Positions 30,106-40,429 of a DNA stretch of 64,000 nt are shown in pieces. The notes beneath the pieces are model-generated. The model worked only from the letters and a program-made list of their open reading frames with translations. It was not told the origin of the DNA and did not search any database. The stretch is from Promethearchaeota archaeon. GTDB lineage: Archaea > Asgardarchaeota > Lokiarchaeia > Sigyniarchaeales > SOKP01. The DNA lies in assembly GCA_048937405.1 (NCBI GenBank), contig JBHLNF010000013.1:19332-83331 (forward strand), read 5' to 3'. Numbering within the stretch: the first letter of the stretch is position 1; each line of letters starts with the position of its first letter. The position numbers were made by a program, and so were the translations under genes.

Positions 30106-31212
30106 ATGTTAGAAGATATTGTAAATGTTGATGTTAAAACTCTTGAAAATTTTATGAGTGCTGTTTTTGAGGGTCTTGGTGTACCTAATAAAGATGCTCA
30201 GATTATAGCTAATGTTCTAATTACTTCCGATTTAAGAGGGATTGAGTCGCATGGTATTCAGAGATGTAAAATGTATTATGACCGTATAAAGGAAGGAATT
30301 TATAATCCGATAACAAAAATTGATATTATAAAAGAAGGCCCCACGACGGCTCTTTTAGATGGGAATTGTGGAATGGGGCATGTAATTGCCTATAAAGCAA
30401 TGAAGATGGCAATTGAAAAAGCAAAAGAATATGGTTTAGGTGCAATAGCAGTTCGGAATTCTACACATTTTGGAATAGCGGGTTATTATTCTCTTATGGC
30501 AATAAAAGAAGGGATGATTGGGTTAGTAACCACTAATGCTAGACCTTCTATTCCTCCTACGTTTGGAAGTGAACCAATGTTGGGGACAAATCCATTGACT
30601 ATTGGAGCTCCAACTGATGAAGATTTTCCTTTCCTTCTTGATTGTGCTACTTCAATTATTCAACGAGGAAAAGTAGAAGTAAACGCTAGAATTGATAAAC
30701 CCGTCCAACAAAATACTGTAATTGATGATAAAGGTGAAATAATGACTAATCCTAATGAAATATTAGATAAAATGTTAAAAAGGGAGGCATCTTTATTACC
30801 TTTAGGAGGAAAGGGAGAAGAAACAGCAGGATATAAAGGTTATGGATATGCAACCGTAGTTGAACTTTTATCTGCTGCTTTACAAGAAGGTACATATTTA
30901 AGAGATACTCTTGGAATCATTGTAGATGGTCAAAAACGATTAAAAGTTGGGCATTTTTTCTTAGCAATTAATATTAACAATTTCATTGGAATAAATTCTT
31001 TTAAAAATACCGCAGGTAATATAATGAGAGATTTAAGAGGTTCAAGAAAGATTCCTGGTAATGAAAGAATTTATACTGCTGGAGAAAAAGAATTCCTAGC
31101 GGAGAATGAAAGAAGAAACATTGGAATACCTCTCAATAAAAGCATACAAAAAGACATTATTCAAATGCAGAAAGAGTTAGGATTAGACAATTATAGATTT
31201 TCTTTTTCATAA
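30106..31212 (+). CDS. Ldh_2 family (type 2 malate/L-lactate/sulfolactate) dehydrogenase
   Basis: DLRGIESHG, RNSTHFGIAGYY, GTNP, GYKGYG, YTAGE. Confidence 0.92.
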   Translation: MLEDIVNVDVKTLENFMSAVFEGLGVPNKDAQIIANVLITSDLRGIESHGIQRCKMYYDRIKEGIYNPITKIDIIKEGPTTALLDGNCGMGHVIAYKAMKMAIEKAKEYGLGAIAVRNSTHFGIAGYYSLMAIKEGMIGLVTTNARPSIPPTFGSEPMLGTNPLTIGAPTDEDFPFLLDCATSIIQRGKVEVNARIDKPVQQNTVIDDKGEIMTNPNEILDKMLKREASLLPLGGKGEETAGYKGYGYATVVELLSAALQEGTYLRDTLGIIVDGQKRLKVGHFFLAININNFIGINSFKNTAGNIMRDLRGSRKIPGNERIYTAGEKEFLAENERRNIGIPLNKSIQKDIIQMQKELGLDNYRFSFS

Positions 31213-31277
31213 CAATATATTAAAGCATAAACAAAATACTTAGTTTATTTTTTATAGATAGCAGTAAAATTAAAATT

Positions 31278-32129
31278 ATGGTAGTTCAAAGAAAAATAAG
31301 TGTCTATCTAATTTTTTTAATAACTGGTTTAATTTTAGGAATTGTAGCTATTTTTTTCTTATATGCATTTAATTGGGCATTAATAATCGATACTTATCAA
31401 ACTCATGAAGGGGCTTTAGGTGTTGTCATCGTTATAGGTATTCGAATAATTATTGTTTCATTAATGACAATATATACCTTTTATAGTTGGTTTAAACAAG
31501 AAAAACAATATTTCTCAGATATGCCTTTTCTTTTCGGGAACTTCTTCTTACTACTTGTATTTGGAAAATTATTAGACTTATTTGGTGATTTTTCCTATAA
31601 TCAAAATGAAGAGTTAAATTTTATAGTACTTAAAGTTCGATATTTTATAGCAATCTTTGATCTCCTCCCTATGATTTATCTGAGTATTTATATGATTTTA
31701 ATTTCACTTTCACTTAATGAGAAATATAAAAAATATACAGATGAGAAATTATTAAATAAGATCAAGATTAGGATTTTAATTTTAATCCTTATGATTGAAA
31801 TTATTGCAGGAATCATTATTCCAACTATAGAAATATTATCACTCATATATCCAATAATAGTAATTCCTTCTTTGATTACTATTGCTTGGTTGTTCTATTT
31901 TGCTTGGAGAAATCAACGTCTTTCACAAGTTAATACTTATATTCTTATGATTGGATTCAGTCTTTATTTAATCTCTTCAATTCTTAGATTATTGATACAA
32001 ATAATTATAGGAGAGTCACCTTTATTTGTTATAATTGCAGAATCAATCGACGTATTAATCTTTATAATTATGTTTATAGGCTTCTATAAAGAATCAGATT
32101 ACTCCGCCCAAGAACAACAAAATATTTAG
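31278..32129 (+). CDS. Multi-pass (7-8 TM) membrane protein
   Basis: Hydrophobic segments throughout. Confidence 0.75.
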   Translation: MVVQRKISVYLIFLITGLILGIVAIFFLYAFNWALIIDTYQTHEGALGVVIVIGIRIIIVSLMTIYTFYSWFKQEKQYFSDMPFLFGNFFLLLVFGKLLDLFGDFSYNQNEELNFIVLKVRYFIAIFDLLPMIYLSIYMILISLSLNEKYKKYTDEKLLNKIKIRILILILMIEIIAGIIIPTIEILSLIYPIIVIPSLITIAWLFYFAWRNQRLSQVNTYILMIGFSLYLISSILRLLIQIIIGESPLFVIIAESIDVLIFIIMFIGFYKESDYSAQEQQNI

Positions 32130-33811
32130 GATTTTGATATACTACTACGATATCGTTGAGCTATCACGCCAACTTTCTCAATTTTCTTCAGTTGTCTGAT
32201 CTTTCGGCGTTCTTTAATCATAAAATTGATTATATGCTTAGCAAGCCCACCTATTGCAAATCCTGCATTTCTATCAGTATCTTGAATCATTTTCATTAAT
32301 TCTCCTACTTTTTTATCACTAATAGGGCGTTTAAATTCATAGGGAATTTTTACTAGTTTTTTTTCTAATTCCTTTATATAAGATCTATTCTGAGGTGAGT
32401 AATCTTTAATTTTCCAAGGTATTAAATCATTTAATTCTTTCTCTTGATAATCTAATGATCCTGGAACTATATACATAGGCGCGGGACGCCATTGTATGGA
32501 TAATGGTGATTCATTTTGATTCTCTAATTTAACTCTCTTTTGAGAAAAATACTCAATTGTTTTAATTATATTAATGCAATTTTTTATTTCTTCTTCTAGA
32601 CTACTGAATCCTACTACTAGCATAGCTATAACATTAATACCTGAAGATGTTAAATTTTTGATTGTAGTAAAATTTTGATTAAGACTTATGCCCTTATTCA
32701 TTTCTTTTAGATTTTGCTCTGAAAAAGCTTCAAAACCAACCCAAGCATCATTAAATCCCGCTTTAAAAGCTTTTTTCGCAAGCTCTGGAGAAATATTAGC
32801 CCTAAAATGAGTCCCAAAATGCATATTGAAATTTCTCTCATGCATAGCATCACATAATTTCTCAAAATCTTGAAAATTATCATTTATTAATGATTCTCCA
32901 AAGATCATATAAAGAGGTTTAAAATTTTCGATAATTGTTTCAATATCATTAATAACCTTTTCTACTGAACGGACTCTAAATCGACAACCAAATAACTTCC
33001 ACTCTGCACAGAATTTACATCTGTTTGTACAACCCCTTGATCTATATATAGATGCAATCTGGAAATATGTATCTAATGGAATATTTGTATAATCTGGAGT
33101 TGGTAAACTATTAAGATCGAGTTCAATCCCAGGTCTATAATAATATCTCTCGTTATTTGGGTCTATTATTAACAATCCCTTAATTTCTTTTAAAGGAGTT
33201 TGTTTTGCAATCTCTAATAAGGGTTTTTCTCCTTCTCCAATAACAAGACCATCACACGCACCTAAATGTAAAAAGAGCTTAAATCCTTCGAAAGATTGAG
33301 TAATTGTAGGACCTCCCCAAAAAATTTGAATTTGGGGGTCAAAATTTTTTAATAAGCAAGAGGCTATTATTGTTTCTACAACATTTAAATAATCAAGTGA
33401 AAATGCTACGCTGGAAAAATTATTGAAAAGTTTCTTTACTATCCTCTTAACATAAATCATCATATCCTTATATCTTTTTTGTGTGATTTCTGGTTTTTCG
33501 TACAGTCTATTGGAATAATCATTAATTAAATCAACAAATTCATTTTTATCAAAACAGATTTCTTTATTAGATAGAATATATTCAGTTATAGGAACTAAAA
33601 TTGGAAAATCTTGATGATTCATAATGAAATTAGGAGGTTTTAATTGAATTAAAGGATCTGAGACTATTTTTGGTAAATTATATTTATTAGTTCTGAAATT
33701 ATATACTTTGACTTCAGTATCATGTTGTTTCAAATAAGCTTGTAAGCAAGCTATTCCTAATGGTATTAATCTGTTATCTAAGTTTGATATTTTTACTAAG
33801 GCAATTGTCAT
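32126..33811 (-). CDS. B12-binding-domain radical SAM protein
   Basis: PLGIACLQAYLK, WGGP, VIGEGE, SRGCTNRCKFC, GFEAFS...LKEMNKG. Confidence 0.85.
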   Translation of the reverse strand: MTIALVKISNLDNRLIPLGIACLQAYLKQHDTEVKVYNFRTNKYNLPKIVSDPLIQLKPPNFIMNHQDFPILVPITEYILSNKEICFDKNEFVDLINDYSNRLYEKPEITQKRYKDMMIYVKRIVKKLFNNFSSVAFSLDYLNVVETIIASCLLKNFDPQIQIFWGGPTITQSFEGFKLFLHLGACDGLVIGEGEKPLLEIAKQTPLKEIKGLLIIDPNNERYYYRPGIELDLNSLPTPDYTNIPLDTYFQIASIYRSRGCTNRCKFCAEWKLFGCRFRVRSVEKVINDIETIIENFKPLYMIFGESLINDNFQDFEKLCDAMHERNFNMHFGTHFRANISPELAKKAFKAGFNDAWVGFEAFSEQNLKEMNKGISLNQNFTTIKNLTSSGINVIAMLVVGFSSLEEEIKNCINIIKTIEYFSQKRVKLENQNESPLSIQWRPAPMYIVPGSLDYQEKELNDLIPWKIKDYSPQNRSYIKELEKKLVKIPYEFKRPISDKKVGELMKMIQDTDRNAGFAIGGLAKHIINFMIKERRKIRQLKKIEKVGVIAQRYRSSISKS

Positions 33812-33898
33812 CTTTTTGATCTTATCTTCTTTTTAAAATACTAATTTAATCACAATTTTGATTCAAATATATAAAGAAAAAAATATGTAAATAAGGAA

Positions 33899-35056
33899 TT
33901 ATAGACGTTTTTGGAAGACATAGTGTTTTCTAACTGGAATACAATGAGGAAATATTGTATCAATTGCTAGGGAATTATTTGACCAAATAGTTGTACCTTC
34001 AAAATAATCAATACCATATAAATTAGCTGTTAATTGTCCAATATTATTAAGAGCAGAGAAAATACCCTTTCCAAAATATCCTTTTTTTACCATTGCTGTA
34101 TCCACATTACAACGACTAACTGGATTTCCACCCAATAACTCATATAAGTCTGGAAGTCCCAATAGAATCCCAACTAAAGCTCCTGTCTTTTTATCAAAAG
34201 CCATTGGAGCTAAAGGCTCTATCTTTTCGACGTCACAAGTCTGCAAAGCATCACTGAATTGTGGTATCTCAGAATTACGTCTTAAACTAAATTCTTTCTG
34301 ATTTTTATTAAAACATTTAGGGTATCTATTAAAGGCCTCAAAAAATTCATGAATTCTATTGATTCCTGATGAATCAGGCATTATTTGATATAATGAATTA
34401 GCAGCAAGACTCTCAATATCATCAATATAGTTATAGAGTTCTTCAAGAATAAAATACCTAAATATAATATCTTTATCTACTTTTTTTCCTTTTTTCCAAG
34501 TTTTTTGAGCAACATGAACACAAGTATATTCTGATTCTTTATAGTATCCTAAGGTTTGCAGATAATCTGATATTTTTAAACGTGGGTCAGTAAATGCCAC
34601 ACCATAAAGCATTTGCTCATGAAATCCCATAGTTTGTATACCAATACCTCCTAAACTTTTAGGAAAATTAATAGGGCCCCTAATTTTTCTAATTTTATTG
34701 ATTTTAATAAATTCTTCACATAATTCAATCATTTTTTTACACACTTTAAATGAATCTGCAGTTAACCAACCAAAGGTACCACATTTTCTACTATAGCTCG
34801 TATAATGCGGATGTATACAACATATCACGAATCCAGAAATCTCTCCGTTCTGATATCCAATTATGGGTTTAAACTTATATTGTGGATCTGATAGCTTATC
34901 TTTTAAAAATAAGAAAAGTTCATCAATCAGTTTAGGCTTGATATGAATATCTGGAACATATAATCTTTTTTCTAATGCTTTTCTTATCTCTTCAAGATCA
35001 AAAGTTACTTTTACATTAATTATACCAGTGTTGCGTTTCTCTAATACCTGAACCAA
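33899..35056 (-). CDS. GNAT-fold protein (YghO-like)
   Basis: FGWL, IRGPINF, GF...YL..LGY.K, V..GYFGKGIFSAL, IWSNN. Confidence 0.65.
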   Translation of the reverse strand: MVQVLEKRNTGIINVKVTFDLEEIRKALEKRLYVPDIHIKPKLIDELFLFLKDKLSDPQYKFKPIIGYQNGEISGFVICCIHPHYTSYSRKCGTFGWLTADSFKVCKKMIELCEEFIKINKIRKIRGPINFPKSLGGIGIQTMGFHEQMLYGVAFTDPRLKISDYLQTLGYYKESEYTCVHVAQKTWKKGKKVDKDIIFRYFILEELYNYIDDIESLAANSLYQIMPDSSGINRIHEFFEAFNRYPKCFNKNQKEFSLRRNSEIPQFSDALQTCDVEKIEPLAPMAFDKKTGALVGILLGLPDLYELLGGNPVSRCNVDTAMVKKGYFGKGIFSALNNIGQLTANLYGIDYFEGTTIWSNNSLAIDTIFPHCIPVRKHYVFQKRL

Positions 35057-35232
35057 TTTAAGATCACTTTAAATTTACAGCATAATATGAAAAATATATT
35101 ACAGATATTTATAAAGGAAAAAAGAGTTGAGTTGTATTTTTTTAAAACGAATTAATTCTAAATGAATCTTTACATAGAAAAAGGTAGTGAAAATAAAAAC
35201 ATAGACTATAATATCCTTTGAATTATTCCATA

Positions 35233-36510
35233 TTAATATCCCCAATCTTTCAGGGTTTTAGGTTCAAAAGAATATTGAAATCCAAGTGATTCTAAAAGAC
35301 TTTTTCCTTCATCCAATAGTCGAATATTATTGATATCACCTTCATACCAGTTAAATAAAATACAATCCTCAAATTTATCTGTTTTTTGATTATAATTCCA
35401 ACTAGGTACATATCCACGTGGATTTAGACCAAATTCAAGGAATATTTGTTGATGAGAAGGTTCATAAGCAGAAACAAATACTTCACAATAACGAATATTA
35501 TATATCTCTCCGTAATTTAAAAATTCTTGAACAAATACATAAAGTTCTTCTAAACAGTTCACTTTATAGTGAGTTTTTTCAAAATTTTGGACTGTGGGAG
35601 TAAAAAGGAATTCAAAAAAAGATTGTGAACCCTTAAAAGACAATCTAATAGATTCATATCCGAATTTATCTTTTGATATATTTCTTATAAGATTCTTCTG
35701 AAATTTTCTTACTTTTTGATTATTTAAATCTAAATTAAGACATCTAGAATCTGCGATTTTATATGATCCCAAATTATATCGATTATCAGAATAAAAAAAC
35801 CCATTAAGTGCTTCTGCTATTATTTCGGGGGGATCTGTGCATCTTTTTGTAGTTAACGCTCTTTTATCATAGCTTAGGATTAGTAAGTCAGATTCAACCT
35901 TATTATAAAAGATATCTTTACATGGATAAAACCCAACAGGTTTAAAACCTAATGCACTGAGAAAATATTGTGACTTAGAATGAGCAGTTCTGCATTCTCC
36001 ATACCATCGAAAAATTTTATCATTATATTTTTTATACATTGTAATTATCGAACCCATTGCCATCTTCATAATATCTAATTTTCCCAAAAATTTCCTTTTC
36101 AAATTAAATCCTCTAATATTTCCCAATTTTTTATCAAAATCAAACATAAAAGTAAAACATCCTACAATTTCATGTTGGTTGGTTTCAAATATCAACCATT
36201 CAATATTCGGACTATCTAACATCTTTTGAATTTCTTCTCTATCCTCCATTTCTTTATAAGGATAAGTATTATCATATAAGTCTTTATATATAAAGACAAT
36301 TTCATCAATATCATCGGATCTTGCCAATCTAATAATTGGATTAATTCTTTTTTTATCGCTTCTCCCTTTAATCTTTAAATCAACTGAAGTACCTCTCTCA
36401 AAATCACTAATAATGATACTCTGGAAAGATTGGAGGAATTGTTGGGTAAATTTCATAAACATATCATCAAATGAAATAACTGAGGGTGTAACAATTTCTT
36501 CTGAAAGCAT
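35233..36510 (-). CDS. Tandem GNAT N-acetyltransferase-like protein
   Basis: IRLA..DD, Y..TYPY, GECRTAH..SQ...GFKPVGF, second repeat F..FGLNPRGYVP. Confidence 0.7.
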   Translation of the reverse strand: MLSEEIVTPSVISFDDMFMKFTQQFLQSFQSIIISDFERGTSVDLKIKGRSDKKRINPIIRLARSDDIDEIVFIYKDLYDNTYPYKEMEDREEIQKMLDSPNIEWLIFETNQHEIVGCFTFMFDFDKKLGNIRGFNLKRKFLGKLDIMKMAMGSIITMYKKYNDKIFRWYGECRTAHSKSQYFLSALGFKPVGFYPCKDIFYNKVESDLLILSYDKRALTTKRCTDPPEIIAEALNGFFYSDNRYNLGSYKIADSRCLNLDLNNQKVRKFQKNLIRNISKDKFGYESIRLSFKGSQSFFEFLFTPTVQNFEKTHYKVNCLEELYVFVQEFLNYGEIYNIRYCEVFVSAYEPSHQQIFLEFGLNPRGYVPSWNYNQKTDKFEDCILFNWYEGDINNIRLLDEGKSLLESLGFQYSFEPKTLKDWGY

Positions 36511-36959
36511 AACATACTACCTTTTTTCCTAATTTTACAATTTTTTGAACCATATATCTATTTAATAGAAAACATTACAATCATATTTAAAAAAAAAAGA
36601 TAATTTGGTGATTTTTTCTTTTTAATATCAATTTGAATATGATTATCATTTTTTTTAATTAATTGTCTGACTCAAAATCCATAATTAATGCACTGTTTTA
36701 TTATAAAATGATATGTTCAAAGATATTCCGATATAGTGTGGATTGATAAGACTAAAAATTTAATGTATTAAATCTATTAGATTAATCAATTTTATATTAT
36801 GATGAATTTGTTTTTTGTTATAATTTGGAGTTCAAATTAAATTCTTATCAACAAGAAAGTGAAATTTAATTTTTATAAGCAATAGATATAAATTTCAAAT
36901 TAGGTTTTTAAAATATGGAAATATTAAAATGTTCTATACTTTTAATGAATTTAAACTAT

Positions 36960-37082
36960 GATTTGCTCCCACCCCATACCCTGGATTTTTGTCTTTTGGT
37001 AGTGTAGTTTTCTACACTCTGATTTCGCCCTCCTCCTTACTATTTTTGGCGCGTATTTGCGTTAGTGGGGCGGGAGTAGATC
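36960..37082 (+). ncRNA. Unrecognised structured RNA/element, copy A (orientation provisional)
   Basis: Closing stem CTCCCACCCCA/TGGGGCGGGAG, invariant CCCTGGATTTTTGTCTTTTGGT (36979-37000), hairpins GTGTAG/CTACAC and CGCG/TGCG; homologous to 60666-60783. Confidence 0.7.
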
Positions 37083-37180
37083 TACCTTTTTAAGTAAAGA
37101 GATCCATTTTCCTCTTTATCCCTTTTTTCCTTTAAATTAAAGTAAGTTACCTTAATTTCATAATAAATAGAAAGTGATAG

Positions 37181-37486
37181 ATAATCGTAATCGTTTTTGG
37201 GAAAATAAAAGATGAACAGAAGGTTAAACAACAAACTCAGAAAGTCACTTGTCCCATGTGTCAGCAGAGTATAGATCTTGGAATAGAATTAAATATTATG
37301 AAGAAAAAAGATACATCTATTTATTTTCCTCATATTCATTTACATGGGGATCCTTTGCATGCCTTAATTTGTTATTTGAATTCAGAATTAATTGTAAGAA
37401 ATATAGGTGTTATCCAGAGTATAGAAATTGCTCGTAATTCAGAGACTTTTAGACAACTCATGAAGAAATGGACAAATCCCTACTAA
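37181..37486 (+). CDS. Small Asgard Zn-binding protein (CxxC ... HxH..H); start lies upstream of the tracked ATG, probably ATA/ATC
   Basis: ATG 37256 lies inside the CPMC motif; frame is open from 37181; HIHLHGDPLH. Confidence 0.65.
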   Translation: MIVIVFGKIKDEQKVKQQTQKVTCPMCQQSIDLGIELNIMKKKDTSIYFPHIHLHGDPLHALICYLNSELIVRNIGVIQSIEIARNSETFRQLMKKWTNPY

Positions 37487-37502
37487 AAGGTGATTTAAAA
37501 GC

Positions 37503-40031
37503 ATGATAACGGATTTTACTTCTAAAATTGAGAAAGAGAAATTAGATGATTATAATATAAAAGAGATTTTCAAATATATTTCAGATAAACGTATTGTACG
37601 AGTGCTTTTTGAAGGAAAAATTTTTCAACTGCGTGAGATTCAAAAAGAAGCCATTGAAAAAGGATTATTTTTCAGAAAATCTTTTTTAGTCTGTGCCCCA
37701 TCTGGGAGTGGTAAAACATTAATTGGAGAAATTTGTGCGATTCATAATGCTTTCCAGGCTTTTGGAAAATCTATTTATTTGGTTCCATATAAGGCCCTTG
37801 CAACAGAAAAATATTATCATTTTAAAAAGAATTATGAACGATTTAATTTGAAAATCGAACTTTCAATAGGAGATTATGATATTGATGATTCTAAGTTACA
37901 GAAAACTGATATTATTGTTACAACATATGAAAAGATGGACTCAATATTAAGGAATTTCTATGATAAGGAATGGATTTTTGAAATTTCCACAATTATTATT
38001 GATGAGATTCATGTAATTGGTGAAAGTGATCGTGGTCCAAGATTAGAATCACTGATAGTTAGGTTGAACGAATTTCTGCATAATCCTCAAATTATTGGGC
38101 TTTCTGCTACTATTGCAAATCCTGAATTTTTCAATTCATGGTTATCTTCACTTGGTAATAAAACAACTTTAATAAAATCTGATGAGCGTCCTGTACCGCT
38201 TCACTATAAGATTGAGATTACTCAAAATAAAGATTCTACCATAAGAAGACTTGTAAAAAACACATTAGAAAAAAATGGACAAGTATTAATTTTCTCAAAT
38301 AAAAGAAAGGGAGCACAGCAATCAGCGGAAAATATTAAACATATCGTAAAAAAAACCTTAGAAGAAAATGAATTAAATATTTGTAAGGCATTAGAAAAGC
38401 GACTCTCTTCAATTAGGGGAAGTCATGGAGATTTAAGAAATGTAGTTAAGTCTGGGGTTGCTTTTCATCATGCTGGGCTGCTTCCTAGAGAAAGAAAAAT
38501 AATAGAAGATAATTATAGAAAAAGAATTATAAAAGTTATATGCTGTACTACAACTTTATCAGCAGGCGTAAATACTCCTGCGAGATTAGTGATTCTCAAG
38601 GACTTTAAAAAATATATTACTTCTGGACATAACATAAGAAATTTTAGCGACTTTCACGAAAATGGAGATGGTTTTTCTTATTTTAAATCTTTTTCTGCTA
38701 ACGAGGTTTTTCAAATTTTAGGTCGAGCAGGAAGACCTGGACTTGATTCAGTTGGTTATGGTATTATTTTGACTAAAAATGTTAATGAAAAAATGTGGGT
38801 TGAGGAACATTTCTTTCAGAATCAACCTTTAAAAAATTCATTAATTCCTCGATATAATAATTTAATATCTGGATTAAATAAAATCAATACCCTTAAAGAA
38901 CAAGTCCTCCTGAGAGTTTATGAGGAAAAAAAAATAACATTAGAGCAGTTGAAAGAATTTTTTGAAAAGACATATTTCTGGTATGGAATTAAAAATTCAA
39001 TGAAGGAACAAAAAATTCCAGTTGAACAATTACTAATGATTAAGGAAATAACCCCGATAAATATACTAAAACTTCATTCTAATGCTAAAAAAGTAAATAA
39101 TTTAATGAATGGGGTGTGTGAATCGAAAATTTCTAAATTTAGTGATGAAAACATCTCCGGATATGTGAAAACTCAATTTGGAGTATTTTTTTGCCAATTT
39201 GATATAACCTCTGGTATCCAATGCTCTTGTGGGTTTGAAAATGGTATCTCTGATAATTTTGCGAATAATGAATTCTCATTTGAGTCTTGCGAACATGTTA
39301 CGGCGTTTTTACTCTATTTATTACAATACCCTGACATTAATTTTCAAAAGTATGTTGATTCTATAGTACCTAAATCTGTTAAGAATCAATATATCTTAAG
39401 TTATTTATTCGAAAAGGGTTTAATCATTAAAAATGAAGATGGATCAATACATTGTTCTCAATTTGGAAAATTAATTATTAGACTATATCTTTATCCTGTA
39501 TCTGGAGTAATTATTAGATATAAATTAGAAAATGTCGAAATAAATAGTATTCAAAACTTAATTAAAGAAGCTTATGATGTTCTAAAGACAGAATTTCGAG
39601 TGAAGGATAACAAGATGCTCCATCCAATTTTGGAATGGGCAGATGAAGAACCTATTGAAGAAATATTGGAAAAATACAATATTATGATAGGGGATCTATT
39701 CTCAATTAGAGATAATCTAGAAAGAATTATTACTTTTATAGGAATTATCGCTAGTAATTTAAGTACCCATGGAATTGACTTACAAGATAAATTAGTACGA
39801 ATTGCTGAGATGGCAGAAACTTTAAAGATTCGATTACATTATGGCATTCGGGAGGAACTGTTTGATTTAGTTCTTAGATTAAATGATGTTGGACGTGTGA
39901 GAGCAAGAATTCTCTATAATGCAGGTTACCACACCGCAACTCAAGTAAGGAAAGAAAATCCTTATGTTCTTAATAAGAAAACAGGATTAGGAATTAATTT
40001 ATGTAAGAAAATTATTAAAAAAGACAGATGA
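37503..40031 (+). CDS. Ski2/Hel308-like SF2 helicase with inserted SWIM Zn finger and C-terminal HhH
   Basis: APSGSGKT, DEIH, LSAT, HHAGL, TTTLSAGVNTPA, QILGRAGRPG; CSC...CEH; VGRVRARILYNAG. Confidence 0.9.
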   Translation: MITDFTSKIEKEKLDDYNIKEIFKYISDKRIVRVLFEGKIFQLREIQKEAIEKGLFFRKSFLVCAPSGSGKTLIGEICAIHNAFQAFGKSIYLVPYKALATEKYYHFKKNYERFNLKIELSIGDYDIDDSKLQKTDIIVTTYEKMDSILRNFYDKEWIFEISTIIIDEIHVIGESDRGPRLESLIVRLNEFLHNPQIIGLSATIANPEFFNSWLSSLGNKTTLIKSDERPVPLHYKIEITQNKDSTIRRLVKNTLEKNGQVLIFSNKRKGAQQSAENIKHIVKKTLEENELNICKALEKRLSSIRGSHGDLRNVVKSGVAFHHAGLLPRERKIIEDNYRKRIIKVICCTTTLSAGVNTPARLVILKDFKKYITSGHNIRNFSDFHENGDGFSYFKSFSANEVFQILGRAGRPGLDSVGYGIILTKNVNEKMWVEEHFFQNQPLKNSLIPRYNNLISGLNKINTLKEQVLLRVYEEKKITLEQLKEFFEKTYFWYGIKNSMKEQKIPVEQLLMIKEITPINILKLHSNAKKVNNLMNGVCESKISKFSDENISGYVKTQFGVFFCQFDITSGIQCSCGFENGISDNFANNEFSFESCEHVTAFLLYLLQYPDINFQKYVDSIVPKSVKNQYILSYLFEKGLIIKNEDGSIHCSQFGKLIIRLYLYPVSGVIIRYKLENVEINSIQNLIKEAYDVLKTEFRVKDNKMLHPILEWADEEPIEEILEKYNIMIGDLFSIRDNLERIITFIGIIASNLSTHGIDLQDKLVRIAEMAETLKIRLHYGIREELFDLVLRLNDVGRVRARILYNAGYHTATQVRKENPYVLNKKTGLGINLCKKIIKKDR

Positions 40032-40309
40032 TAGATCTAAAAACTGAAAATAAAAAGAAACTTGAAACTAAAATGCCAAGTTCTTTAAAATTAAATTCTA
40101 TTGATTTGAAAAAAGTAAATAATAAATTTGAAGATAAAGAAATTGAAAATATTTGTGATGAAAATCTCACTATCCTTCAAAAATTACATGCTATTTTATT
40201 AAATTGTTCAAATCTGTCAAAAAAACAGAAATTAGAGTTTTGTGAAAACGAGCGATATTTCATGAAGTTATATTTAAAGAAATTAAAAGAAAATAATCCT
40301 AATATTTAA
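40028..40309 (+). CDS. Hypothetical protein
   Basis: ATGA overlap with the helicase stop codon. Confidence 0.55.
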   Translation: MIDLKTENKKKLETKMPSSLKLNSIDLKKVNNKFEDKEIENICDENLTILQKLHAILLNCSNLSKKQKLEFCENERYFMKLYLKKLKENNPNI

Positions 40310-40429
40310 CTTTTTAATACTAGATTTTTAAAAAAAATTGAAAAACTTCACTTTTGTACCAATCGATTTTATATTTTAAAAAATAGAATTTCAATATAGA
40401 CAAGTGTATTTTTTCGAAGGTTTTTAATT

